Origin: Stylophora pistillata
Taxonomy: Eukaryota
DNA: 62,373 nt
Direction of reading: 5' to 3'
NCBI RefSeq assembly: GCF_002571385.2
Contig: NW_019217792.1
Coordinates: 195,198-257,570 of the forward strand
Shown here: positions 61,421-62,373 of the stretch, piece by piece
Numbering within the stretch: position 1 is the first letter of the stretch
Layout: each line of letters begins with the position of its first letter
Notes under the pieces: generated by a model
What the model was told of the DNA's origin: nothing
The model's input: only the letters and a program-made list of their open reading frames with translations
Database searches by the model: none
Made by a program: the position numbers and the translations under genes

Positions 61421-62373
61421 TTCATTGGTGTAGAGCAAGGCGAAACTTTAAAAATATATATATATATATATAAATAAATGTTTTGCAATTGCTTGAAATG
61501 ATAATTAGGTATTCTCAATGTCGAAATTTCCATATGATTATGAATTTTTTAAGGAGAAATGATAAAGATCATGACATGTCTGGCGCCGTCCTTGTGTGTG
61601 AGGAGTATCTGTGTCACAAGAAATGACTTATATTGCAATCAATCAAGCTACGATTTTTTTTTTTTTTTTTATAATTTCGATTTAATTCGTTTATCCCCGT
61701 AAAGCCTGTGATGCGAACTGTAAATCTGATCCGGAAATGCTATGAACAGTTTTTAAGCGGAGGTCCCTTTATCGTTGTGGGTCAGTAAAGCCAGATGTCG
61801 TATCATCTGCTTTGCTCAATGCAGTTGCAGTTCCACTTCCTATCAGAAAAAAATGACAGTTAAGGGATACCCTTGAATACCTAATGACTCACCAAGGATT
61901 GTGCGTCCAGAAATGAAGAGATCTAAGCAGAAATTCAAAGCTTTGCCTCTCTTGAGTAGTGTTTTATCATCGCCAAGCTGAACGCTTGAGTATAGAGGTA
62001 TGTCACAGGCGCATAACAGGCGCGAAGCGTGGTCGTTTTTTCAAGTACGCACAAGTACATATGATCTAGAAACTTAAGTAAACTGAGCGAAAAATACTGC
62101 GTTCTTTATTTCTTGTTTGAAATAGTAGTGTGAATACAAACAAAGAACAAAGCATCTTGCCCTCATTTTGAGCAAACTTGGCGCAAACACAACATTGTTT
62201 TCAAATTTTTCTGGTCACCTCAAGTACGCAAGTGCGTATATGCGAAAAAGACGCTACGCGCTTGCATGAATTACATGACTGGGGGAACTGCTGGCATTTA
62301 TCTGTATTGCTCCAGACTAGAACAAGAATCTGAGTGGAATTCTATATTATTCAAGCGAATGGGTTGAGTTTTA

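Overview
Eukaryotic, AT-rich, intron-dense animal DNA. The repeat families and a fused glutamate synthase suggest a cnidarian, probably a stony coral (inference). Splicing the exons by hand gives five host genes: a type-1 cystatin (exons 2-3; exon 1 not found in the window), CCDC58/MIX23 (-), an intronless TTLL2-like tubulin glutamylase (+, head-to-head with CCDC58), the HSP90 co-chaperone CHORDC1 (+, 13 exons), and a ~38-kb, ~60-exon NADH-type glutamate synthase (-). The introns hold many transposon remnants: a DD35D pogo element with a nested solo LTR and an internal 700-bp duplication, a related inverted deletion derivative, a Harbinger derivative, TTAA MITEs, 5-bp-TSD MITEs, SINEs, LINE tails and a hairpin insert with a hammerhead-ribozyme remnant. 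The most striking signal is a solo LTR 12 bp into CHORDC1 intron 5. It carries three perfect heat-shock elements, an antioxidant-response element and a TATA box, so it looks like a heat/redox-inducible retrotransposon promoter inside a heat-shock co-chaperone gene. Most short ORFs in the supplied track are spurious or are exon fragments.
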